A program made the translations under genes and the position numbers. A stretch of DNA of 62,969 bases, filler included, from Reticulomyxa filosa (taxonomy: Eukaryota > Protista > Foraminifera): NCBI GenBank assembly GCA_000512085.1. It is 15 parts of 15 records of this genome, joined end to end, with 100 filler letters (N's around TTAATTAATTAA, not from the genome) between each part and the next. Parts side by side here need not be neighbours in the genome. Positions count along the whole stretch, not along the records: positions 38,374 to 41,833 come from ASPP01038478.1; positions 41,934 to 44,327 come from ASPP01028799.1; positions 44,428 to 47,193 come from ASPP01024195.1; positions 47,294 to 52,603 come from ASPP01010890.1; 11 more parts are not named here. The stretch is one strand, 5' to 3'. The notes beneath the pieces are model-generated. The model was not told the DNA's origin. It was given only the letters and a program-made list of their open reading frames with translations, and ran no database searches. How positions within the stretch are numbered: the stretch's first letter is position 1; every line of letters begins with the position of its first letter. Of the stretch, positions 39,473 to 51,512 are shown piece by piece.

Positions 39473-40848
39473 ATGGCACAAGCAGCAACAACTATGAGTT
39501 TTGTATTACTTTCTATTTGTAATTTTACTGAACACACAACACAAAATCATAAAAACATACAGAATTGGGAGAACTACTGAAAAAAATAGTAGAAAATGAT
39601 ATATTTAGAGAAAAAATTAATAAAAAAGCGTATAAAATGAATGTAGCTGGATCTGTAGACAAAGGTCTAAGTGGTAGAATATCACGAGACTGTGTAAAAA
39701 TAATATTTAGTGATGAAAAAAAATGGGAACAGTCTGATGACTGTAGCAATAATGAAATTGCAGGTGATAATTTGAATAATTTGCCTGTAATATTGAAACA
39801 TCTTTGGGCAAATGTAGTCCGCAACACTGAAAAAGAAGTAAAAAATGCGCATATTCTAAACGCAGCGAAGACTATTTTAGATGCTATATTGCGCCGAGAA
39901 ATATATATTACATCGGAGTGTACGGTTTCTAGTGTAAAATCAACTAGCAATCAAAGGGTTCCTTCTACTGTGTTTCCAGACTTGCTTCTGTCACTTACTA
40001 ACAAAACTTGTTTGAAAGCAGAGCCAAAGAGTCCTTTTATTGTTATTGATTATAAATTACCTGGCAAGTTGAAAATCTTCGATCGTGACAAAGATGAGCT
40101 TAATAGGATATGGAACAAAAGGGGTAGTGTTCATATTGCGATAAGTTAATAAATATTTTTTTTCTTGCACAATGTACATTTTTTTTTACAACGTACATAT
40201 TTTTTTTATTGCACAACGTACATTTTTTTTGTTGCGCAATATAAATATTTATTTTTTACACAATTTTTTTTTTAATATGCAAAATAAAAAGAAAAAGGAC
40301 TTATTATGACTACCAAGAAGATTAGTAAATTTATATTACTGGATCCAGTACTTCAAATTGCTGGTTACATGATATGGAGCGTAGCAAGGATTGGAATGTT
40401 ACTTGCATATCCATATGCAGTATGGTTTGAAATTGGTGAAATTAATGAAGACACCAAAGTTTTCAACATTGAAGTATACACTCTGTTGAAAATGACTTCA
40501 TTTGAGAATGGAATGCTAGAAATTGTGCGTATACTAAAGTACGCAAGCAAAATTAATCCAAATAAAAAGTTTTTTAGAGGAAAAGTAATTAAATATGACG
40601 AAGAAACTGAAGATGAAGAGGAAGCTGAATTTGATGAAGCTGAATTGTATGAGGAAGCTGAAGCGAAAGAGGAAGCTGAATTGGGTGATGAAGTTGAAGT
40701 TGAAGAGGAAGCTGACGCTGAAGATGAAAAAAAAACATATAAGGTAGTTAGTAAAAGAAAAAGAAAATTATCTCAGATGAAATCAGAAAACGAAGAAATA
40801 AGCAAACAAAAAAATGGAACAAATAAGATGAAGCGAACATATAAGTAA
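39473..40848 (+). CDS. PD-(D/E)xK restriction-endonuclease-like protein; exons 39473-39497, 39563-40144, 40292-40848; 387 aa
   Basis: Two phase-1 GT-AG introns join the ORFs in frame (1164 nt). Ordered motifs TEKEV, SE, FPDLLL, FIVIDYK, LQIAGYM and IGMLL, then an acidic tract and KRKRK. Confidence 0.65.
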
Positions 40849-41006
40849 ATTTGTTTTGTTCGTCAATTAGTATTGATTGAAATTAATACAAACCATAATT
40901 AAATTGCCTTGATCGTTTGTTTTTGTGGTAAACTGATTTTTGTACAGTTTTGCAAAATTTTTTGTGCAATGGGCAGATTTCAATTAAGATTTTTGCGAGT
41001 TTACTC

Positions 41007-41142
41007 CAAAATATGCGAAATTGCGTAAAACATGCGAAATTGAACATACACGTGCAAAATGCTCAAAAACATGTAAAATTGATTAAAAACTTACAAAATT
41101 GACCAAAAATTTGCAAAATGACCAAAAACGTATAAATTGCAC
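41007..41142. repeat. About 7 degenerate 19-20-bp tandem units (consensus ~AAAAACATGCAAAATTGAC)
   Basis: Visible units include aaaacatgcgaaattgaac, aaaaacatgtaaaattgatt, aaaaacttacaaaattgacc and aaaaatttgcaaaatgacc. Confidence 0.7.
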
Positions 41143-41289
41143 AATGTTTTTTTGCGAAAAATTACAAATTTTAAATTTTTTCGCCGATAATATTTCAAGA
41201 AAGGAAATGCCAAAATTTTAAAAAAATGCTTTGGTTTTTTAGGACAAATAATTTTGCAGAGTTTTTTTATGCTAATGACGTCCTAAATT

Positions 41290-41833
41290 TTATTTGGGCA
41301 TTGACCCATTTTTCAATTTCCTGCTATATCCATTTTGCGTTTTTTTAAATGTTCTATACGTAATGGTCCATTGATCGCTTACAAGCAGGAAAATCTAAAG
41401 TAATGTAAAATGTTTTAACTTCAGCAGCTTTTTGAAATGAAACAAACTTTGAAGGAATTTTGGCTAAGTGTTGACAGCGCCTAACGATCTCAACGCCCAT
41501 TGTTTTTCTGTTGAGTCTTGGACTGTCAAATAGTATTTTTTTAGAGCATGAAATTCATCTTTTACTCTATTTTTTACTGCAACAGCGTACAAAACACTTC
41601 GCAAAGATGATGGAATATTAGACTTGTTGTCACCGCTTTGTTTCTCTTCGTTGCTAATTTTACACACAACAAACGTTTTGACATTGACATAATTTAATAA
41701 ATTGAAAAGAACAAGTTTACCTCAAATTCATAAATGTTCGAAATCGATTCAACGCTTCGTCAATGACAGGTTGATATCCATATTTTGCCATCGAACTCAA
41801 TGCCAATGGTCGCAACAAAGATTCGATATCGGC
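41290..41833 (-). pseudogene. M1 aminopeptidase (puromycin-sensitive type) C-terminal ERAP1_C relic
   Basis: LLRPLALSSMAKYGYQPVIDEALNRF and IPSSLRSVLYAVAVK...EKQWALRSLG, then a stop and a jump to FVSFQKAAEVKTF and NAKWI, consistent with an internal deletion. Confidence 0.65.
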
Positions 41834-41933
41834 NNNNNNNNNNNNNNNNNNNNNNNNNNNNNNNNNNNNNNNNNNNNTTAATTAATTAANNNNNNNNNNN
41901 NNNNNNNNNNNNNNNNNNNNNNNNNNNNNNNNN

Positions 41934-42929
41934 TGGTAAATAACAACAATAAAGACAGAAATCAAATCACTTTGTTGTCTTTTGGTGGATCGGGTGAACA
42001 TACACGACATACATTAATGATGAAATATGTAAGTGTTTGGAGTAATATATCAGACAGATCAAATAAATTCGACAATTACAATCAATGGGTTTCCTTCACA
42101 GACAATGATAATCATCCGATTATCATTGGAAGACATAATGATAATTATATTGGAGCGCGTGCATTGATTGGTGGAAGCAATAATCATTTGTTATTTATCA
42201 CTCATCTTGAAAATAAAATTAGTGTGTTTAATTTAAATACATTTCAATTTATTAACCACGATTATTTGCCATTTTATATGTATTATCGTCCATTTCATTG
42301 CTTTGTGCCAAATTCAGAAAATGGACAAGAAATGATTAAAACGAAAAAACAACACTATCAAATGCTGTTGTTTTGTAGGGGTATAGGACTTTCACTTGCA
42401 TATGATGAAGATAACAACGATTTCCGGTTTGATCAACTACCTGTTTGTGTTGATATTTCAAAATTTAACTATTATGCATATGTGTGTATCGATGATGCAA
42501 TCTTGTTTTTTTGGTGGACTTAATTATTCGGATGTTGTTTCAAAATCATTGCACAAGTATTCAATTCGAGAAAATAAATGGACGACATTTCAAGACGCTT
42601 TACCCAGTCCATTATATGATTGTGTTGCAATATTGAATGAAGAAGGCAGTCATATACACATCATTGGAGGACAAGATGGTAAAAAAACAAAATTATCAAC
42701 TCACATGAAAACAAAAGTGCGTGAATTGGATCCTTCACTGTTGGTAATGACTTGTTTATTTATTTTGATGAAACATAAATAAATTGTATTGTATGAAACT
42801 GATTGACAAATAAATAATAAACAGTCAAAAAATGAAATAAAATGCATTGTTCAACATTGGGTTCGAATTTTAAAGATAAAATTAGGATGGATCGACGATT
42901 TTGATCAAATTATTATTAAATACAAATAA
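41934..42929 (+). CDS. Kelch-repeat protein, 3' part, with a terminal 34-aa box exon (42825-42929)
   Basis: Kelch blades LLSFGG, ALIGG, ILFFGG and IHIIGG...NKW. There is one extra T in the T7 run at ~42506. The last exon reads SKNEIKCIVQHWVRILKIKLGWIDDFDQIIIKYK*. Confidence 0.8.
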
Positions 42930-43765
42930 ATTTTGAAAAGTGCAATTAAAATATCTTTATCAATGTCTTCATTTTTTTTTCATACTTTTCTGTCTTTGGT
43001 TCATCTTGTGTGCCTCTTAAGAAGATTGTCATGCAAGTTACATGGCGACAATATATTTATTGTTAAAATTTTGAGAGTTTTCACTCCAAATTCTTTTTTC
43101 ATAAAAGCAAAATAATATAATTATTCTATCGCTATTGGTCCTCGTTCAATTTAATTTCGTAATTCGTAAGTGATTCTTGCATATGCACGTTATTTTTCTC
43201 ACAATATAGCATATACTTGTCATTTGTGTTTTCCGCTCGATATATTGTGAATGCGCAACGATTTATATTTATCCTCCATAATTTACCTTTTGGTACATTG
43301 CGTGTTCAAAGTATCATAAGTGTCTTCGTCATAATTATTGCTTCCGCTGCATTTGCATGTAACTCTCATATTTAGCAATGCTCTTTTACATTGTGCTTGC
43401 CCTTTCCTTGGCTGGTAAGAGATTAAAGCTTGAAAACATGTAAAGCAGTTATTTAGAAAATTAAATATAAAAATAACTCGATCGTTATATTAAGGCCAAT
43501 GTATCTATTTGCTAAATATGCACTTGTTTGAAAAAAATATAACATCTATATCTCTCATCAAATAAAACAATAATTCAATTTTTCATTAACCCTTCATTGA
43601 AAAAAAAAGTTCAAAAGCATTTTTTCATCTTACATCATCAAAAAGAAACAAAAGAAGTTGAAAAATGAATTTAAGCTTATCCATAAAAGTTGTGATCAAG
43701 TTTTTTCTTTCAGAAACCAAGTTGTCTTTATGTTTTACTATTTATTTTTGTTTGTTTTGAAACAG

Positions 43766-44327
43766 CTGAAAGAAGAAGAAATCCAAGCAGTTATTCATAA
43801 TTGGATTCGAATATTAAATATTAAATTAGGATGGATTAAAGATTTTGACAAAATCGTTGCCAATTATGTTAATTTATTTGCTTTTTTTTCATTTAGTGCC
43901 AATCAAAATATTTCAATATTTATTTGACATAGATATCTGCTTCCTTCATGTTTGACGCGTTTTGTTCATTATCCAAATTGCTCAATAAATTCATTGGACA
44001 CACTAACAGTGTTTGGAGTATTGATTATTTAACATTTGATGATTGTCAATTCATTTGTTCTGGATCACATGATGGCACTATCTGCGTATGGGATATAGAA
44101 ACTACCAAACAAGTCCAATTATTCAATGAGCATTCAGGGTATGTGTATTGTGTAAAATTTTCACCATATTATTATCATAATGATCACCGTAATGTCATTT
44201 GTTCTTCATCATATGACAAAACTATTCGTTTTTGGGATATTAAACATAATCGACAATTGAAAATATTCAATGAACACACTGACGGTATTATTGGTATTGA
44301 ATTTTCACCATTTAATGGTGGTAGATA
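43766..44327 (+). CDS. WD40-repeat protein with an N-terminal 34-aa box exon (43766-43867), partial
   Basis: Exon LKEEEIQAVIHNWIRILNIKLGWIKDFDKIVANY, then intron 43868-43932, then WD repeats GHTNSVWSID...CSGSHDGTICVWD, paralogous to 23620-24825. Confidence 0.85.
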
Positions 44328-45735
44328 NNNNNNNNNNNNNNNNNNNNNNNNNNNNNNNNNNNNNNNNNNNNTTAATTAATTAANNNNNNNNNNNNNNNNN
44401 NNNNNNNNNNNNNNNNNNNNNNNNNNNTTTAGTACAGCGTATCATAGTCAGTCAAACTTTCCCTTTTTTTTAAATTTAAAATAACGTTTTTAGAAACTCA
44501 ATCTTTGCATTCGTTACCTCTATTGCGTTTGATCGAAAGATATTTTTCTTTTGTTTCATTTCGTTTAAATTTTTTATTTAAGTAAATTTTGTTTTAGTCA
44601 AATCACACGCTATAAGTAATAATCGGTATACAACTACTTTCTTTAATAAAAATTCTTTCTAAGTAGCAGTACACTCTTCCTACGTCTAGCACTTTCTACA
44701 CTGTACCGTTCAAAAATTGGAATGATACACATAGGAAAATATTTGTGAAATACAAAAATAGCTTGTTATTTTCTACATAAGATATTGTAGGCAAGTCACT
44801 ACTATAGACTGCTGAACTCTGAAGGATTTGAGGATCACCCAGTGGGTTAAACTTCTCCACTAACTTTCTTCACTCTTTGTTTGTTTTCTTTCTTTTATTG
44901 TGTCATTTATCTTTTATTTATTTAATTTACTTTTGTTTTGCCGAAACCAAACTCTTTTTGAGTAAACCTTTTCGTATTACATTTAGTGCAGTATCTTATC
45001 AGCAGCAGACGTCCCATAATATAGATGCACAAATGAACTTACTTTTTAGTGTTATATTTTTTCCAAAAATATAGTATTGCATAAAATTGTATAGAAAAAA
45101 CTTTCTATGTTTCAAATTACATATGGTTTCAAAATAAATGTATAGTTGAAAAAGCCAAGAATTGAACCAAAAAATATTACACTCAACTAGGAAGCAAAAG
45201 ACAACTTGAGAACGTCAAAAGGTTGAAGTAAAACCTAAGGGTAACGAATCCATTGATCATAATGTTTGACTCGATGCAAAAAGATTCCTCAATATTAAGA
45301 ACACCGCTTATTGAAAATAATCAAAAGAGCAGTGAAACAAAGAAGTTGAGCTGTTTATACAAGGCAGCCTAACAACACTGGGAGAAAAAAAAGCATACAA
45401 AACGGCAAGAAAAGCTAAACAAGAAAAAAATAAAAATCAATCAGACCGAAAAAGCGCGGAAGATCAGTATCACGAAGGATAGCATCTCTATTTGAAGAGC
45501 AAAAGTGTTGTATTTCGGTGTCAGTGTGGATATATGTTCTTTCTATCATATTTTCAGTGGTTGTAATATGTCTCCACCAAAGCAATGTGAACCTGGATCC
45601 TTTCATTGTGGAGTGTTTTACTTTAGGTTTGGAGGGAGAGAAAGAGAAAGAGGAGATTAAGGGAAGGGGAAGAAAAAAAAAAAAAAAAAACTTAAAGAAA
45701 TGAAAGAGTAGAGGCAAAAATGTGGATCAATAGTA

Positions 45736-47140
45736 TTGGGAGCATATGGATTATTTCAAACAATACGACAAGCGGCAATGGATCGTATGAAAGGGGACGA
45801 CGACATATCGGTACAAGAAGTGTGGACCTATCGTGAGAAGCAAGGCGTGTCCACGTCCACAGACAAGGCGGATGAAGAGGAACGACACAATAAATCCTTA
45901 GGAGGTGTCGACATGCGTTTCACCAAGACAGATTTCAATATCGATGAGGATACCGATGACAAATATCATCGTCTAGTTTCGAACTATGCAAAATTCTTAT
46001 ACATATATATATATGCATATGTATATGTATGTATAAATATATAAGTTATCCACTCCACCCCCCTCCCTAAACACACAAAAAATTATAAAAAAAGAGTGTA
46101 AGCATATCGTCAAAACAAGGCAAAACGCGTCTAACGAAACCACAGACGGTGGAAATTCAGGAAAAGATAGAAAAACAAGACCAGCCGTGCCAGACGGACA
46201 TATCAGTCCCCTCTCGCATGAGAATGCATGTGCAGAACTTTACAGTTCGTTCACGGAATGCCATGCAAACCATACGTGTCGGCGATTTGGAACATCAGCT
46301 TGAATTTATTGACACACAAGAATTTCGATTGCTCATGCCCGTCATGTTTCGTAACTTTTTTTTTTCAAATAAATAAGGAAACAATGACTTGTGGATATTT
46401 TTATGATATACATATATATATGTATGTATATATATATATATATATATGTATATGTGTGTGTATGTATTATGTGAAAAAAAAAAAGTGCGATAACGATTAC
46501 CCAGATTCCCTTTGGCATGACAGTGCTTCGAAACCGTGTGTTGGGAATATTTCAAGAAGTTTGTTTGTATAGCAATTTTATGCTATGTTGTATTTAAGTG
46601 CTATTTGACTTTCTGCCCTCTACACTCAACGTTGTATATATGTACATATACATAGATATGTATACATATGTATGTATATGTATACATACATATATATGTA
46701 CACGTATGTATATGTATATATATATATACATATATGTATGTATGTATGTGTTGCAATGGGCTCAACGTGTAGCGTGTGAAATCGTCTCCGGCGCTGCAGC
46801 AGTCGTTTGAATACTTTTTGAATTGTTTCGAACACCACCCGACGGTGCGTCGCACATGGAGTGTGATGTGCAACATCTTTGACATCAAAATGCGACGATT
46901 CAAGCAGAAGATGGTAAGTAATAACGCAGGCGGCGCGGACGAAGGCAAGAACAATGGTCGAGGGAGCAATCAGGTCGAAAAGAGCAAGGCCAAAGACGAA
47001 AAGAAAAGCGAGTCGAGTACGTCAGGAAGCACAAGCAATGCAGCGAATACGGAAGAGAGACAAGACAGTGGTAATTCAGAAAGCAGCGCAAACACGCAAG
47101 TGGCGAATGACGCACCAAAAAAAGTACCTGTTCGATCCTC
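45736..47140 (+). CDS. Hypothetical multi-exon protein, partial
   Basis: GC-richer open segments (45736-45990, ~46100-46350, ~46770-47140) are separated by TA-rich intron-like tracts. No family recognised. Confidence 0.5.
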
Positions 47141-47481
47141 TTGTTGCGTATACATTAAGCTTTGTTTTTTTTTTTTTTTTTTTTTTTTTTTTTNNNNNNN
47201 NNNNNNNNNNNNNNNNNNNNNNNNNNNNNNNNNNNNNTTAATTAATTAANNNNNNNNNNNNNNNNNNNNNNNNNNNNNNNNNNNNNNNNNNNNCATTGAG
47301 AAAAATAAAGTGCATGAAAGGGATTTGATCTGTGTTCGCAATGTTCCTATTCGACTAAGTTTTTCGTTTTTTTTTTTTTTTTATTTATTAAAAAACTACA
47401 ATTATTTATTAATATACATATATATATATATATATATATGTATATTAATAAATAATTGACCTTGCAAACAAATGTAATCAG

Positions 47482-48330
47482 CTGGAATTCGATGAACTGC
47501 GTGGCGATGTGGTTGGCGCGCAAAGGGATGAAAGCCTACCTATTGTTGTGACAATTCATTATACCAAAATGACAAATGGAGGCATTGTCACGGATCAATC
47601 ATTGGCTGTGATTGAAGATCTGCTTTTGATTGACAAAGTCAGACCACGTCCCTCCAACTTGGCTCTAAACTGGACCAATCAAGTCCATTTCTTGCCCATT
47701 ATCCCGTTACCCAAAACGTCTTTAACCTATCCCCATACTATCCCCTCTGGCGCTCAACGTGGTGTCATTAGCAATGCTAACACAAGCTCCAATCCTGATA
47801 TCAATGCCAATAGTTTGGAGCCTACACTTTTGAACGGAATTGTGTCTCCAACAGATATTATCGACTTCACTGCTAATACCACTGCAACTGAAATCTCCAC
47901 TATCACTCAACCGTCCACACTTGCTGATTCCAAAACTTCCAAACGTCAAACGTCGCAATTGCCCATTACCCTTTCATGTTATTTAACTAATTTTTTTTTT
48001 TTTTTTTTTTTTATGTATGTTAAATGTAATGACACCATTCGGCTTACATGCTGGCGTGTACTTTGTTGTTAACGCTTGGTGGATTCAGTTGAACGAAGCA
48101 ATGTTTTAATCAAACGAGTATTGAAAGCCTTGGAAATGAGGGAATACATAAAAGTGTTTATTGCACATGACGTGTTTGATGCTGATTTGCTGTTTTTACG
48201 AAGTCGTGATATCGATAATTTAGTTGACAAAATTGGGCCTAAGGCCAGATTTTCTGCTTGGGTTCATGAGTATCAACTGCTCAATCAAGATAAAATTGAA
48301 GCACTAAAAAATACACTTCACAACATGTAA
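47482..48330 (+). CDS. 3' part of a protein ending in a SAM-like domain
   Basis: A phase-1 intron (~47978-48088) joins the ORFs. IKRVLKALEMREYIKVFIAHDVFDADLLFLRSRDIDNLVDKIGPKARF fits the SAM pattern. Confidence 0.65.
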
Positions 48331-48446
48331 ACAAAATGATTTTATTGATGTTTTTTCATTCATCAATTCAGTTTAAAATAAAGACTATACCATTTCGAAT
48401 TTGGGAACTTTGTTCCTGTCTTATTATATTTTACAATTTTTTGTTT

Positions 48447-48586
48447 GCTCAATTACATTGCACCGGAAGTGCTCAATCGAAAAAGTTTGGCAACGAGTGT
48501 GACTATTGATCACTCCCAGCGATCAATAGTCACACTCGTTGCCATAACTTTTTCGATTGAACACTTCCGGTGCAATGTAATTGAGC
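48447..48586. repeat. Fold-back inverted repeat with 65/66-bp arms and a 9-nt loop
   Basis: 48447-48511 is the reverse complement of 48521-48586, with one mismatch and one 1-nt indel. Confidence 0.97.
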
Positions 48587-48703
48587 GTCCCGACGGCTGA
48601 GTACAACAGTTGACTGTTTTTCCGGTGTTCGCGATGCTGTTGATGTAAGTTGGGATGGCGTAGAGATTGTGTCTGTGTGTACTTGCGCTCGAATATGAAA
48701 TGC
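48508..48703 (-). pseudogene. NDR/LATS-type AGC kinase activation-segment fragment
   Basis: Translation [39 protein letters not shown] matches AYSTVGTPDYIAPEVF...ECDWWSLGVI. It has a premature TGA and is preceded by an acceptor-like site. Confidence 0.85.
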
Positions 48704-49254
48704 TTTGATGGAAAAAAAAACTGATCTGTAACATCACTTGTGAAAAATAAGAAATTGATGTACCAATTGCTTAAAGAATTTTCTGAAGAGTTTATTAACA
48801 GATTTGAACTGTTTAGTTTTTTTTGCTAAAAAAATAAAAAAACAAATAAAAGAATTAACACAATAAACTTGGAGCTTTTTCCATAAACATTTTTATCCAA
48901 AAAAAATAAGAAAGAGATCAAAGATAAACAGATAGAAGTTCAAAATAAATATAAAAAAATTGCTTTAAATTTTGACTAGGTCATCCTATTTGCGAGAGGC
49001 TAGTCACATTCAAAAATTCGTACAATAGTTTGCCAAGTTGTCAAAACCAAAAATTATTATGAGACTATGTTGATTTGAAACTTTGAAAAAAGTTTTTAGA
49101 TATAATCAAAAGTTTGATGTTTTATTGATAATAACTTACATTTTTACTACTAAAAAAAAGGGTAAATATATAAAAAAAAATCTCAAGATGGCCGAAGAAA
49201 TAAAGATTACTTCGTTGAAATGCAAAAAGCTTAACAACAGCGAACGAATTTCAA

Positions 49255-49343
49255 CGCTTTCGTCGAAGATAATACATCTTCGACGAAAGCGACTGCAGCG
49301 TCGAAGATAATATATCTTCGACGAAAGTGACTGCAGCGTCGAA
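49255..49343. repeat. 38-bp tandem repeat (about 2.2 copies) whose unit contains a hairpin
   Basis: Units start at 49261, 49299 and 49337. There is a perfect 16-bp stem, CGCTTTCGTCGAAGAT (49255-49270) with ATCTTCGACGAAAGCG (49276-49291), and a 5-nt loop. Confidence 0.9.
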
Positions 49344-49938
49344 CATTGTTTTTTTATTTAACTTTCAAACAAACAATATAATATACATGTATATATGTAT
49401 TTGTTGTTGCAATAGAAAATGAAATAAATCGATTGTGACCTGAATTGAAGAAATATTTAAACGAAACATCATATAACGTCCATATTTAAATATTATGACA
49501 AAGTATGTATTGGACATGTTCTATTTTTTGAGGAATTGTTTTCTGATGGCAAAGTTCTCTTTTGAAAGATAATATAATCGCGTTCTTTTCTAGCGTCCTT
49601 CCAACTTTGCTGTCTTGAAATTGCCGACGTCAGTAGTTAGTCCACATTGATGCTGTTTATATGTACAACTTATTGTTTCAATCATGCGTTTCATGACAAG
49701 TTGTTTTACATCAAGCTTGTTTCAAACAATTTTTAAAATCTTTTTTTTTGTATCACTCATTATTTTCTTTTGACCCTCATTAGTTTAATGAGTTTTTTTG
49801 TTGGGTGCAATAATCTTTTTTTTGAAGAATATGCAAGCTTTGTGAAAAAACGACTCTTCTGTCAAGTTTTATCTTTTTTTCAACTGCAACTCTAAGAGGT
49901 CAACGCCAACTTTTTAACCCCTGTCAGTTGAGTTTAGG

Positions 49939-51512
49939 ATGGCCGCCAGTCAATCCACAAAAGGAGAGCACGGTTTAGTGTGCTGGGAGACATATCCCTC
50001 TCCTTATTATACTGACACTCATCGACGTTTTCGAGCACATTGCCGAGCATTTGTCGAAAAAGAGGTGCTGCCTCACATAGACAAATGGTCACAAGATGGA
50101 GATATTCCGAAATCCTTCTATCAAAAGTGCTACAAATCGGGATTGTATTCTCGATGGTATCCAAAGCACTGGGGTGGCACACCTTGGGAGGACTCTGTTG
50201 TCCAGAGCTTCGGTAAGTGAAATTTTAAAAAAACTTTGTTTCCCTTGGCTTGCACAGACCAAGCAAACGAGCATTTTCCCAACAACAACAACAAAAAAAA
50301 GACCCTTTTTTGAGCATAATTTTCAATGAAGAATTTGCACGAGCAGGCGCTGCTGGATTGCTAAGCGCAGGCTGGATCCATGGTTTAGTGGTTGGACCAG
50401 TGTTGATCAACGGCACCCCCGAACAAGCTGATCTCATGCGAGATGTGATCAAAGCCGAAAAATTTGCATCACTGTGCGTCTCCGAACCTGGTGCTGGTAG
50501 TGATGTAAAAAACATTCAAACCACAGCACGTCGAGATGGAGATTATTACATTGTCAATGGAGAAAAGTACTGGAGTTTTGTTTTTTAATTTTTTTATTTT
50601 TATTTTTTTTGTTGTTGCTGAGGTTCCAATAATTTGATCCCAATTTCGTGTCCATTTATGTTTTAATTTGTAATGGTTTGTCTGTGCACAGTCACCGGAG
50701 GGATGAAAGCGGATTACTTTTTGACAGCTTGCCAGACAATTGAGGAGGGTAGCAGTGATGAAAGCAAAGGCAAACCCAAAAATGCAGAACCCAAGATCAC
50801 GCTGTTGCTAATTGAAAGACAGCCCGGTGTGATCACCACTCGCTTGCCATTGCAAGGTCATGACTGCAGTGCTACTGCCTATGTGGTCTTCCGTAATGTG
50901 AAAGTTCACAAATCCATGGTCGTTGGAAAACCAAAAGAAGGATTTAAAGATACTATGAAAAACTTTAATCAGGTTTTTTTTTTTTTTTTTTTGTCCAGTG
51001 TACATTATGTAATGTATGTCATGTATTAAGTATATGTGCCGTATGACACAAAAAAAAAAAAAAAAAAAAGGGAAAGGTTTGGAATCATTTGCACTGCGGT
51101 CGGATTGGCAAAAGTGTGTGTTGAAGAAGCGGTCAAATACTCTCAAAGTCGAAAGACCTTTGGAAAGGACTTGGTTGAACATCAAGCTATTCGCCACAAA
51201 TTGGCTGAAATGACGGCGCGCACAATGGCTTGTCATGCTTATTTGGAAAATGTCGCCTATCGACTCAAATTGAATCCTCTAGGATACGATGCATCGCTCG
51301 TGAAAGATGTTGCCTTGTTGAAAGTCAATGCCACAAGGACCTTGGAATTCTGCGCTCGTGAAGCTTCCCATATCTTTGGTGGGCGAAGCTATGTCAAATA
51401 CGGCCGGGCAGGGAAAATTGAGAGAATCTATAGAGACGTTCGAGCTCTTGCTATTTATGGTGGGGCTGAAGAAATTATGTTGGATTTGGCTGTTAAACAA
51501 GCCAAACTTTGA
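49939..51512 (+). CDS. Acyl-CoA dehydrogenase, 4 exons
   Basis: SPYYTDTHRRFR, SLCVSEPGAGSDV, YIVNGEKYW|VTGG, NFNQ|ERF, RKTFGK, IFGGRSY and IYGGAEEIM. Confidence 0.93.

Noticed and set aside
49255-49343. CRISPR-like array
   Set aside because: The palindromic units are directly tandem with no unique spacers, there are only about 2 copies, and no cas genes are present.
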